DNA of 64,000 nt from Laetmonice hystrix. Taxonomy: Eukaryota. Every line of letters begins with the position of its first letter. Position 1 is the stretch's first letter. A program made the position numbers and the translations under genes. The stretch is taken from NCBI GenBank assembly GCA_965235115.1, contig OZ249447.1:682001-746000 (forward strand), given 5' to 3'. Positions 48,659 through 60,845 of this stretch are shown here, one piece after another. The notes under the pieces were generated by a model. The model had not been told where the DNA came from, ran no database searches, and worked only from the letters and a program-made list of their open reading frames with translations.

Positions 48659-48837
48659 CATGCTGTTATCACACCTCGTCTGCCATGTAATCCAGGGACC
48701 ATCTCAATCACCCATCCCTCATCTGACGTGATTAATTCCACAAGAGTCTGGAAATCACGTTCATTGCTTGATAACAGTCTGGCGGCAAATCCACATCCTC
48801 AAATATTGTGTTTTATCTGATAGCGTCCATTGTGGGA

Positions 48838-48851
48838 GCGCCACCTGGGGG
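48838..48851 (-). promoter_or_regulatory. CTCF-like motif
   Basis: Minus strand CCCCCAGGTGGCGC followed by TC. Confidence 0.45.
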
Positions 48852-48997
48852 TGGGATCTGCTGGCTTGATTAGAGTAGTATTTGGTTGATTGAGATTAGT
48901 ATCAGAAACACGGTGCCCTAACCTGCCCGCCGGGGCCAGCACGTTCATGTCCAATTATACTCACTCAGCGAGTTCTTATTGATACCAGACACGAACC

Positions 48998-49883
48998 GGC
49001 CTCAGCTTGTCGGTCACACTATACCTAACACGTTGTAGTACACCATGGCCTCAGCTTGTCGGTCACACTATACACGTTGTAGTACACCATGGCCTCAGCT
49101 TGTCGGTCACACTATACCTGTAACACTATAACACTATACCTAACACGTTGTAGTACACTATGGCCTCAGCTTGTCGGTCACACTATACCTGTAACACTAT
49201 AACACTATACCTAACACGTTGTAGTACACCATGGTCTCAGCTTGTCGGTCACACTATACCTAACACGTTGTAGTACACCATGGCCTCAGCTTGTCGGTCA
49301 CACTATACCTAACACGTTGTAGTACACCATGGCCTCAGCTTGTCGGTCACACTATACCTAACACGTTGTAGTACACCATGGCCCCAGCTTGTCGGTCACA
49401 CTATACCTGTAACACTATAACACTATACCTAACACGTTGTAGTACACCATGGCCTCAGCTTGTCGGTCACACTATACACGTTGTAGTACACCATGGCCTC
49501 AGCTTGTCGGTCACACTATACCTGTAACACTATAACACTATACTTAACACGTTGTAGTACACTATGGCCTCAGCTTGTCGGTCACACTATACCTGTAACA
49601 CTATAACACTATACTTAACACGTTGTAGTACACTATGGCCTCAGCTTGTCGGTCACACTAACACGTTGTAGTACACCATGGCCTCAGCTTGTCGGTCACA
49701 CTATACCTAACACGTTGTAGTACACCATGGCCCCAGCTTGTCGGTCACACTATACCTGTAACACTATAACACTATACTTAACACGTTGTAGTACACCATG
49801 GCCTCAGCTTGTCGGTCACACTATACACGTTGTAGTACACCATGGCCTCAGCTTGTCGGTCACACTATACCTGTAACACTATA
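48998..49883. repeat. 43/49/66-bp mosaic tandem array
   Basis: Core ATGGCCTCAGCTTGTCGGTCACACTATAC...ACACGTTGTAGTACACC with three length variants. Confidence 0.95.
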
Positions 49884-49887
49884 ACGC

Positions 49888-50098
49888 CCCGTGTCTGGTG
49901 ACAACCTCCCGTGTCTGGTGACAACCCCCAACCTCCCGTGTCTGGTGACAACCTCCCGTGTCTGGTGACAACCTCCTGTGTCTGGTAACAACCTCCCGTG
50001 TCTGGTGACAACCTCCCGTGTCTGGTGACAACCCCTAACCTCCCGTGTCTGGTGACAACCTCCCGTGTCTGGTGACAACCCCCAACCTCCCGTGTCTG
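49888..50098. repeat. 20/29-bp tandem array, ~9 copies
   Basis: CCCGTGTCTGGTGACAACCT. Confidence 0.94.
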
Positions 50099-52287
50099 AT
50101 GAACCCCAGCCTAGCGGTCAGGGTTAGAGTATAGAGATTATATGATTAGGTTTGTGTTATATTTAGAACTTGCCACCAGATATCGTAGAGATTACCATAG
50201 TGGGCGACCAGGGAAACGATTATTGAATGGATCCTATTAGTCCAACACCTTCCGACCTGACAACATACTCAACAAGCAGCCGCAATGTTTGGCTCGGTCC
50301 TGGGTCGTATACAGTTTCTTTCTGACCCTACAAATTAAACCCTATGGACAGAGGGTGGGGTAATGTGTACCCTTCAGATTGGTGGTCCTGGGGATGCAGC
50401 GATCACACCCCGGTCAAATGTCCCCAACCCCTCACACGGACGCCGATAGTGTGGGGGTGTGGAGGGGTGGGGTTGGCGGGGTGGGGTTGGTAGATCCAGT
50501 GTCTCGGGGTGCAGGGCGCCGCTTCAAAGCCGACTAGGGATGCTCGTTAGGCGGGAGGGAGCGCTGATTCTGACCGCATCAGATAGAGAATTCATTCCGC
50601 TCTCTGACCCATACCTCCCTCACAGAACACATCAATCCCACAGCTAGTCTACCACGGCCCGAGACATAAGGCACCGGCCAAACAGATTATCCCGGCAGAA
50701 ATTGATTACATGACCAAAACTGAATATCAACAAAAGATCAATTTCGATGTCAAGTGGCCCGAGTGAGAGCAATTAGATTGGAGAGGGGTTGGTGCCACCA
50801 CCACGAGCTTGCCGCCAGTAATTGGTCATTCATTGCCGCTCGGGCGGCAGTAATGTGGCAATGATCAAGACGTGGATAGCAGACGAAGGGATTGGCAAGG
50901 GATTAACAGTGGATTGACACCTCTAATAACCACTCGCTGTGAGTGGTACTGATCGCAGCGCCCCCTGTCTCCACATCCCTGCATGGTGGCCGCCCGGTCT
51001 CAGCCAATCCCCGCTCACTGCCGTAAAGCGGAATGCTATTTCACGACATGCGACAGTGAACAATCTATGCCAGTTAACTGCTACAAGGAGTGTTTTATCC
51101 ACAATAATAAACGAGGAATCATTGCCGCTAATGCCATTAGAAGTATGTTGATTGCTATATCGGCTGTGTGTAGCCCGTAAACTGTTGTTATTGCCAATAC
51201 GTCACTCTAATTGTCTGTCTCAGAGATTTCTCATCGCGCCTCCTATCGTTTCTACCGATAGTCATATGGTCTTTTTGTATATATCACTGATATGACTTGT
51301 CTGATTTGATATATTGATCGATATTCTAATAGTTTCAACTTTCACTTTCAATTCTACTTAATAAACCTTTCATATGATTGTCAGCTTTAATAGAAACGTG
51401 AAATCCATTATTTATTATACAGACTCAATGACAATTATCCATATGTCAATATGTGAATGGATGAAGCTCTCTTAGCATTTCCCGATTGAAATGGGTGTTT
51501 TTCTTCTGCTTCTACCTGGAAACGAACTAAAGCACATTAAGATGCACTTTGTCATTCATTAGGTATGCCAATACAAAGTTAGGTAATACAAAGTGTAAAT
51601 AGGCAGGGCTCCATTCACGTGAAGTATTCCACAAGTTTTAGATTTAATTTGATCTCTTCCGAAAGTCGTTCTCTAGATGGATTTGAGCGGATGTTGCGTG
51701 CTTGCCAGAGTCAACAAACAGCGTTATATTTTGGATACATAAACACAAGTCAAGAATAATGCCAGAGAAACGCCTTGTTCGAAATGCCAAGTAGAACTAA
51801 CACTTCAGTTTTCAGTCTGTCTGCATGTGGTATTATTGTTTACAGGCAAGGTGAAATAAGAACAAAGCTGATGCAACGTTTCCGTGACTTAAGGTGAAGT
51901 CTTTTGGCGCCATTGAAGGTGTAACGCTGGGGTTTTATACAGCATTGAAGGTGTAACGGTGGGGTTTTATACAGTGGTCTGTTTTACGCTCGAGTCGTGT
52001 TGCGTGAGAAGAGCTGTAGTAAGTAGTCTATGCAAAGATACGTTTACATCGAGTAGGTTATTTATGTGTCAGGTTTACTATCGCATACTGCGGGCTCATG
52101 TATTGAAACAGGTCGGGGGCACATTCTGCCCTCAGTTACAAGTATTTGGTACATCTGTATCGACCGTGCACTTAGTGAACTTGAATGACTTGAATCTTAC
52201 AAACGGATTGTAATGTTCTGGGTTGTAATATAAACAGGTCATTACTTCAACAAGTTAATAGAAAATACTCTATCCTTCCATCCTGCC

Positions 52288-53104
52288 AACACCTCCACCT
52301 ACAAACACAAACACCTCCACCCACAAACACAAACACCCACAAACACAAACACCTCCACCCACAAACACAAACACCCACAAACACAAACACCTCCACCCAC
52401 AAACACAAACACCTCCACCCACAAACACAAACACCCACAAACACAAACACCCACAAACACAAACAACTCCACCCACAAACACAAACACCTCCACCCACAA
52501 ACACCTCCACCCACAAACACAAACACCTCCACCCACAAACACAAACACCTCCACCCACAAACACAAACACCCACAAACACAAACACAAACACCCACAAAC
52601 ACAAACACCTCCACCCACAAACACAAACACCCACAAACACAAACACCCACAAACACAAACAACTCCACCCACAAACACCTCCACCCACAAACACAAACAC
52701 CTCCACCCACAAACACAAACACCTCCACCCACAAACACAAACACCCACAAACACAAACACAAACACCCACAAACACAAACACCTCCACCCACAAACACAA
52801 ACACCCACAAACACAAACACCCACAAACACAAACAACTCCACCCACAAACACCTCCACCCACAAACACAAACACCTCCACCCACAAACACAAACACCTCC
52901 ACCCACAAACACAAACACCCACAAACACAAACACAAACACCCACAAACACAAACACCCACAAACACAAACATCTCCAACCACAAACACCCACAAACACAA
53001 ACACCTCCACCCACAAACACCTCCACCCACAAACACAGACAAACACAAACACCCACAAACACAAACACCCACAAACACAAACACACACAAACACACAAAC
53101 ACAC
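52288..53104. repeat. A/C-rich low-complexity array
   Basis: ACAAACACAAACACCTCCACCC and shorter variants. Confidence 0.96.
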
Positions 53105-53325
53105 CCGCTCGCCCACCCCCGCCCTGGGCCCGGCGTTAGCTTACCCTCCCTCCCTAGTGTAACGTCGCCCAGGATTCGCCAGTTAATCGAACAACGCCAT
53201 TTCATTTGGCCATGTATTCATACGCACATATTGGGCGTATTCCCTGCGGACGCACATCACTGGCCGTGAAAACTGGTCAATCACTGCACACATTCATCAC
53301 GACGGCAGACCCGGAGATAATGGGC

Positions 53326-53932
53326 GGGGAGAGAGGATAACAAGGCCCGGGGAGTGGGTAACCTGGCCTGGGGAGTGGGTAACCTGGCCTGGGGAGTGGG
53401 TAACGGGGCCCGGGGAGTGGGTAACGGGGCCCAGGGAGCCGGTAACGGGGCCCGGGGTGTGGGTAACGGGGCCCGGGGAGTGGGTAACGGGGCCCGGGGA
53501 GTGGGTAACGGGGCCCAGGGAGCCGGTAACGGGGCCCGGGGTGTGGGTAACGGGGCCCGGGGAGTGGGTAACGGGGCCCGGGGAGAGAGGATAACGGGGC
53601 CCGGGGAGTGGGTAACGGGGCCCGGGGAGTGGGTAACGGGGCCCGGGGAGTGGGTAACGGGGCCCGGGGAGTGGGTAACGGGGCCCGGGGAGTGGGTAAC
53701 AGGGCCCGGGGAGTGGGTAACGGGGCCCGGGGAGAGGATAACGGGGCCCGGGGAGTGGGTAACGGGGCCCGGGGAGTGGGTAACGGGGCCCGGGGAGTGG
53801 GTAACGGGGCCCGGGGAGTGGGTAACGGGGCCCGGGGAGAGGATAACGGGGCCCGGGGAGTGGGTAACGGGGCCCGGGGAGTGGGTAACGGGGCCCGGGG
53901 AGTGGGTAACGGGGCCCGGGGAGTGGGTAACG
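53326..53932. repeat. 21-bp G-rich array, ~28 copies
   Basis: GGGTAACGGGGCCCGGGGAGT. Confidence 0.96.
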
Positions 53933-53988
53933 GCGCTGTTATCAGACTCAGTGGACAACATTATAACAACCAGATAACAGGGATGGGG

Positions 53989-54145
53989 GAACCATGTGAC
54001 CAGAACCATGTGACCAGAACCATGTGACCAGAACCAGGTGACCAGAACCAGGTGACCAGAACCAGGTGACCAGAACCAGGTGACCAGAACCAGGTGACCA
54101 GAACCAGGTGACCAGAACCAGGTGACCAGAACCAGGTGACCAGAA
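53989..54145. repeat. 14-bp array, ~11 copies
   Basis: GAACCATGTGACCA switching to GAACCAGGTGACCA. Confidence 0.95.
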
Positions 54146-54199
54146 TGTTGGCCCTGAATGAAGGACCGAAATCTTAGCCTGGAACTAAGGAAAGTGATG

Positions 54200-54420
54200 G
54201 AGTGGGATGGGGGTGTGCGTAGGGGGTGGTGGGGGTGGGGGTGGGGGTGGGGGTGAATGTGGGGGTGGTGGGGGTGGGGGTGAGGGTGAATGTGGGGCGT
54301 GGGGGTGGGGGTGGGGGTGGGGGTGGGGGTGGGGGTGGGGGTTGGGGTGAGGGTGAATGTGGGGGTGGGGGGGTTGGGGTGGGGGTGAATGTGGGGGTGG
54401 TGGGGGGTTGAATGGGGGTG
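54200..54420 (+). repeat. (GGGGTG)n G-rich tract
   Basis: Dense G4-G6 runs. Confidence 0.93.
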
Positions 54421-54723
54421 TTGATGGAGCGGGGCCGGTCTGATGTATAATAGTGACCTCTAGCTGAGAGAGGGAGGGTTACTGACCGTGCTGATCATCA
54501 GGTGTGACCACAGCTGTGTCACAGACAATAGGATATATGAAATAAATGGTGTCACACATGTATGTATACTAGACGCAGGGCAATAGATCTATACGTATGT
54601 GTATGGGTGAGTTAATATTCATTCATGCGGATGTATTAACATGAATAATGTATATCCAGAAATATACATAATAGTAGACCTATGTGTGAATGTGAGTCTG
54701 TTGTAGGTATGAAGCCATTGATC

Positions 54724-54795
54724 TGTATTACGTCATACCTGGTCTAGCCTGTATTACGTCATACCTGGTCTAGCCTGTATTACGTCATAACTGGT
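54724..54795. repeat. 26-bp repeat, ~3 copies
   Basis: CTGTATTACGTCATACCTGGTCTAGC. Confidence 0.88.
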
Positions 54796-54801
54796 CCGGC
54801 C

Positions 54802-55530
54802 ATTACATGCCATCGTTCAGTTTTAACTAAACCTTTTACCAGGAGATACGATATTACATGCCATCGTTCAGTTTTAACTAAATCTTTTACCAGGAGATAC
54901 GATATTACATGCCATCGTTCAGTTTTAACTAAATCTTTTACCAGGAGATACGATGTTACATGCCATCGTTCAGTTTTAACTAAATCTTTTACCAGGAGAT
55001 ACGATGTTACATGCCATCGTTCAGTTTTAACTAAATCTTTTATCAGGAGATACGATATTACATGCCATCGTTCAGTTTTAATTAAACATTTTACCAGGAG
55101 ATACGATGTTACATGCCATCGTTCAGTTTTAATTAAATCTTTTACCAGGAGATACGGTATTACATGTCATCGTTCAGTTTTAACTAAATCTTTTACCAGG
55201 AGATACGATGGTACATGCCATCGTTCAGTTTTAACTAAATCTTTTACCAGGAGATACGATATTACATGTCATCGTTCAGTTTTAATTAAACATTTTACCA
55301 GGAGATACGATGTTACATGCCATCGTTCAGTTTTAGCTAAATCTTTTACCAGGAGATACGATATTACATGCCATCGTTCAGTTTTAGCTAAATCTTTTAC
55401 CAGGAGATACGATATTACATGCCATCGTTCAGTTTTAACTAAATCTTTTACCAGGAGATACGATGTTACATGCCATCGTTCAGTTTTAACTAAATCTTTT
55501 ACCAGGAGATACGATATTACATGCCATCGT
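54802..55530. repeat. 51-bp tandem array, ~14 copies
   Basis: ATTACATGCCATCGTTCAGTTTTAACTAAATCTTTTACCAGGAGATACGAT. Confidence 0.97.
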
Positions 55531-55594
55531 TGCCCAGTTTAGCTAAATCTTGGTTTTATGTAGGACTGACTGTCCTGCGATGCGACGCCGATTA

Positions 55595-57130
55595 GTCACG
55601 TGACCCGGCGATGGCGATCAGAACCCGTGGACGTCAACCATTGTGTGAAAATCCCCATTCAAAACGCAACACTAACTTCACTAAATTAATTCCCACGTGC
55701 ACAGCGAAGTGTGTGCGCAGCGCCCCTTCTTCCCCATAGGAAATCTAGCGAGATGGCACTGCCGAGAGTCTCTTTAATAGAAACTCCGTGCTGGAGACTA
55801 TTGTAGGCAAATTAAGCACTGCCTTAATTGTCTCACGTAATTGCACGCCTTCTCTGTAACAATGCACCCAGCCCACTAATGATGGAGTTGGTTTCTTCGA
55901 TCACCGACTGTTATGTCGAAACGGGCCGATTAAGGTGTGAATGCCACCTATTAGCTGCCTGGATAAACACGGGCCGGGACCGGGAGGTAGCGGGGTGATG
56001 TGACCGGCGGTCGGGCGGTCGGGGTCCGGTGTGACGGCCTCCATGCCCGCCGGCCTTCTCCTCAATACCCCTGCCCGTACCCATGCTATGGCTCGCCGCC
56101 TCCCCATACTCCCGATTGTCGTTCTCCGTGGCCCTCCTTTGTGAACCCGCCCGACGCCAACCTTAATTAAGGGCCTGAACGCTGCATGGCGCTTTGTGGG
56201 ATCTCCCGCGGGCAGCGCCATGTCAAGAAGACCTCGCAAGTCGGCGTTCACCGGGCCGCACAAAGACTGGTACTCGCAACCACGGCCATGTCTCAAAAAG
56301 AGCGCCACGAGTTTCTTTGCTAAACCGCTGTGCGTAAAAATAATTGTTTGTTTAGACTTTTCAGACTACAGGGGCACTTTTGCCGCTTTCTGCCCGAGAG
56401 GGCAAGTCGGTGTGGCGAACAGGTGGGCGGTGCGCGGACCTTGAGCCGGCCCTGGGCGGCCCTGGGCCGAGGGCGGATGTGGCCTCCTGAGGACCCTTGA
56501 ACGTGGAGCCATCCGTGAGGCTTTACAAGGTGACGGCTTCCCGGCCTGCCTCACGGCTTCCGACAGCGACGTGACGCGACCTCTGGCGGCCACACTGTCC
56601 AAGTGGCCACGTTGGCTTCACTTGGCCTTCTTGACGGTCCTCTTAGCCGTATTTCCCATTTTGGAAGCAATGAGCACTCGTCGCACTCGTCCATAGCGAT
56701 CTGTGTGGGCACGGCCGGGCATGCCTGGCGCTGTTCACGGGCCCGCTTCCTGAGTCCCTCTTGAGTCGGTCCTTGAGACCGGGCGGTGGCTCTCGGTGGC
56801 GGGTCCAGGGTGTCAGGGTGCGGGCGGGCGGGGTGGTGAGGGGCCGGCGGCGTGATCAGGCAGGCCCGGCCGCCGGGTGCTTGACGGCCCCGGCGCCGTC
56901 AGAGCCTCACGACCCGCACCTCATTAACGCTCCTCTACACCCTACCTCGTCCTCCCCCTACCAGGGGCCCCGCCCCCTCCCATCCCCGGCGTCACAGCTA
57001 CAGGCGCCGCTCTCCCCACCACCCAGCTCAGCCCGCGTCCCTCCGTCCTATCCAAGGTCACCCGGCACTAATGGCAGAACCGTGTCACAGAGCTTTCAAC
57101 ATCCCTGTCTGCCGGAAATATACCGCTAGT
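55595..57130. promoter_or_regulatory. GC/CpG-rich unique island with GTCACGTGAC and a CTCF-like motif
   Basis: GTCACGTGAC 55595-55604; minus TGGCCGCCAGAGGTCGC 56576-56592; high CpG density. Confidence 0.35.
56162..56327 (-). other. Candidate 166-bp exon (GLAKKLVALFLRHGRGCEYQSLCGPVNADLRGLLDMALPAGDPTKRHAAFRPLIK)
   Basis: Acceptor ttatttttacgcacag, weaker donor AAG|gttggc; frame open; no recognisable family. Confidence 0.22.
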
Positions 57131-57245
57131 GTCAGTCCCCAGGCCCTGGGGGTTCCTGCTCCCACCCCCACCCTCGCCCTCACCCTGGAACCCCGATATA
57201 TCTCCCAAACTGCCGGGGATGGCGAAATATTGCCCACCTCAAGCC

Positions 57246-57453
57246 CAAGGTCACACCTGTATATGATATTTTATAACACCAAGGTCACACCTGTATATGA
57301 TATTTTATAACACCAAGGTCACACCTGTATATGATATTTTATAACACCAAGGTCACACCTGTACATGTATATGATATTTTAGAACACCAAGGTCACACCT
57401 GTATATGATATTTTATAACACCAAGGTCACACCTGTATATGATATTTTATAAC
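57246..57453. repeat. 34-bp tandem array, 6 copies
   Basis: AAGGTCACACCTGTATATGATATTTTATAACACC. Confidence 0.95.
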
Positions 57454-57495
57454 ACTGATCCCCGATTATACGGACCGGTATAATAACACTGACAC

Positions 57496-57551
57496 TGGCA
57501 GGCAGGCAGGCCGGCAGGGCAGGCAGGGCAGGCAGGCAGGCAGGCAGGCAG

Positions 57552-57585
<34 letters not shown>

Positions 57586-58545
57586 GGCAGGCAGGCTGGC
57601 AGGGCAGGCAGGCTGACAGGGCAGGCAGGCAGGGCAGGCAGGCAGGCAGGCAGGCAGGGCAGGCAGGCAGGCAGGGCAGGCAGGTAGGTCAGGCAGTCTG
57701 GCAGGGCAGGCAGGCTGGCAGGGCAGGCAGGCAGGCAGGGCAGGCAGGCAGGGCAGGCAGGCAGGCAGGGCAGGGCAGGGCAGGGCGGGCAGGGCAGGCA
57801 GGCTGGCAGGGCAGGCAGGCTGGCAGGGCAGGCAGGCAGGGCAGGCAGGCAGGGCAGGCAGTCTGGCAGGGCAGGCTGGCAGGGCAGGCAGTCTGGCAGG
57901 GCAGGCTGGCAGGGCAGGCTGGCAGGCAGGGCAGGCTGGCAGGGCAGGCTGGCAGGGCAGGCTGGCAGGCAGGGCAGGCAGGGCAGGCAGTCTGGCAGGG
58001 CAGGCTGGCAGGGCAGGCTGGCAGGCAGGGCAGGCAGGCAGGCAGGCAGGCAGGCAGGTAGGGCAGGCAGTCTGGCAGGGCAGGCAGGCAGGGCAGGCAG
58101 TCTGGCAGGGCAGGCAGGCAGGGCAGGGCAGGCAGGCTGGCAGGGCAGGCAGGCTGGCAGGGCAGGCAGTCTGGCAGGGCAGGCAGGCAGGCAGGGCAGG
58201 CTGGCAGGGCAGGCTGGCAGGCAGGGCAGGCAGGCTGGCAGGGCAGGCAGGCTGGCAGGGCAGTCTGGCAGGGCAGGCAGGCAGGGCAGGCAGTCTGGCA
58301 GGGCAGGCAGGCAGGCAGGGCAGGCAGTCTGGCAGGGCAGGCAGGGCAGGCAGGCAGGCAGGCAGGCAGGGCAGGCAGGTAGGTCAGGCAGTCTGGCAGG
58401 GCAGGCAGGCTGGCAGGGCAGGCAGGCAGGCTGGCAGGGCAGTCTGGCAGGGCAGGCAGGCAGGGCAGGCAGTCTGGCAGGGCAGACAGGCAGGCAGGGC
58501 AGGCAGTCTGGTAGGGCAGGCAGTCTGGCAGGGCAGGCTGCAGCT
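57496..58545. repeat. (GGCA)n-derived low-complexity array
   Basis: GGCA/GGGCA/GGCT/GTCT mosaic. Confidence 0.96.
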
Positions 58546-59266
58546 GCCGATCGTACACTATATGACAATCCAATTTGATGCCTTTTTCAAGTGCGGCCTC
58601 CTTCAATTGCGCTTACTTTGCTGCAACCATCACCGGAGAAAAAACTCAATCAAGAAACATACTCTATCAATTTGTGTGCACCACTTTGCACTCGTGTCGT
58701 TAAGAAAGTGAAGAGCAGTTTGATAATCTGTAATCTCGCCCAGGTTCCCAGGCTCGCCAGCCGACTCTCAGTGCCGAGATTCACAGACTCGCCTTTGATG
58801 GTCGATGCTATCCGTGTTTGAGCCACCAGCCTCGAGTAATCGATTAAACGCCAAGAGGTTTACTGCTTTTGGAAGCGTTTTTCTGACTAAGTATGAGAGA
58901 TATATGTACCCGACCCGTTTTCATGACGTGTCCGTGCAGTCTTTCCTTTTTAATGGCACGCCTCATGCGGATGCTTCTTCTTTATCTATAACGGTTCATT
59001 AACATAATTACAGAGTGTGAAATTTATCGAATATCTAAAGGCAGGCTGCTTGCCTGATGCAAGACTTTGAAAAATAATTAGGTTAAAAAAGGTCGTCTTT
59101 TTAGTGTTAGGCACTAAATAAATGCATAAAATAAATGATAGGGACCTACCCATAGCATTTGGCAACTTACAATCTGTATAGCAAATTTCAATAATCGTTA
59201 AATAATAATTGCTATTTACTTGTACCTACAATAATAATATCTTCCCATATCAATTGAACATTGCAG

Positions 59267-59318
59267 GTGTGCTTGCCGGGAGAAAATCGTGCCAGTATTA
59301 CCTGACGATCGGCTGGGG
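59267..59318 (+). other. Candidate 52-bp exon
   Basis: Acceptor aacattgcag|G, donor GGG|gtgagt; two open frames (CACREKIVPVLPDDRLG or VLAGRKSCQYYLTIGW). Confidence 0.25.
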
Positions 59319-59776
59319 GTGAGTACACGCATGCGTACACCACAGCGATATTTTGATTGATTGCTGTCGTAATCGAGTTAATGTATTTCAAAGCAGCGAT
59401 AGGCGAGCGGTATAGGTAGGTGAGACCTTAATTACCAAGGTTACACCAGTTTGGCGTAATCTCCGTCTCTGACCATCCAGTCATTAAATGTTAACGCCTT
59501 TATTAACATATCACTCTTGTTAATTATAATGAAATGTTTTCATATTTCAATCACGGAGGAGGCGATAGCAATCAAAGGGTGAAGTTGAGAGATAATTATG
59601 TACTGACACTTTATCAATACGTCACAGTTAATGCTATATCCTCACCTTGCCCATAGTCAATAATTCAGGTCAATGATAGACGTGAGAAGGGATTACCTTT
59701 CGAGGTGTAATAATCATTAATCGATCGATCACTAATTAACACCACCCATGTCAAACTGTCACGCTGTGTAGCATGT

Positions 59777-60845
59777 ACACGTGTCCGTCACGTGTTTCCC
59801 AAGCCACACTAACCCTAGCTTCCATCCAGGCGGACCATGACGTGTTTCCCAAGCCACACTAACCCTAGGTTCCAGCCAGGCAGGCCATGACGTGTTTCCC
59901 AAGCCACACTAACCCTAGCTTCCAGCCAGGCAGACCATGACGTGTTTCCCAAGCCACACTAACCCTAGCTTCCAGCCAGGCAGACCATGACGTGTTTCCC
60001 AAGCCACACTAACCCTAGCTTCCAGCCAGGCAGACCATGACGTGTTTCCCAAGCCACACTAACCCTAGCTTCCAGCCAGGCAGACCATGACGTGTTTCCC
60101 AAGCCACACTAACCCTAGCTTCCAGCCAGGCAGGCCATGACGTGTTTCCCAAGCCACACTAACCCTAGCTTCCAGCCAGGACCATGACGTGTTTCCCAAG
60201 CCACACTAACCTTAGCTTCCAGCCAGGCAGGCCATGACGTGTTTCCCAAGCCACACTAACCCTAGCTTCCAGCCAGGCAGGCCATGACGTGTTTCCCAAG
60301 CCACACTAACCTTAGCTTCCAGCCAGCCAGCCAGAACCATGACGTGTTTCCCAAGCCACACTAATCCTAGCTTCCAGCCAGGCAGACCATGACGTGTTTC
60401 CCAAGCCACACTAACCTTAGCTTCCAGCCAGGCAGACCATGACGTGCTTACAAAGCCACACTAACCCTAGCTTCCAGCCAGGACCATGACGTGTTTCCCA
60501 AGCCACACTAACCTTAGCTTCCATCCAGCCAGGCGGACCATGACGTGTTTCCCAAGCCACACTAACCCTAGCTTCCATCCAGCCAGGCGGACCATGACGT
60601 GTTTCCCAAGCCACACTAACCCTAGCTTCCAGCCAGGCAGACCATGACGTGTTTCCCAAGCCACACTAACCCTAGCTTCCAGCCAGGCAGGCCATGACGT
60701 GTTTCCCAAGCCACACTAACCCTAGCTTCCAGCCAGGCAGGACCATGACGTGTTTCCCAAGCCACACTAACCCTAGCTTCCAGCCAGGCAGGCCATGACG
60801 TGTTTCCCAAGCCGCACTAACCCTAGCTTCCAGCCAGGCGGACCT
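59777..60845. repeat. 50-bp tandem array, ~21 copies
   Basis: CCATGACGTGTTTCCCAAGCCACACTAACCCTAGCTTCCAGCCAGGCAGA. Confidence 0.97.

Noticed and set aside
52247-53205. Cys/Val/Trp-rich hydrophobic ORFs
   Set aside because: All three minus frames are open because the strand lacks A; simple repeat.
57447-58606. Cys/Pro-rich metallothionein- or keratin-associated-like ORFs
   Set aside because: Translation of a (TGCC)n-type repeat; no conserved Cys spacing.
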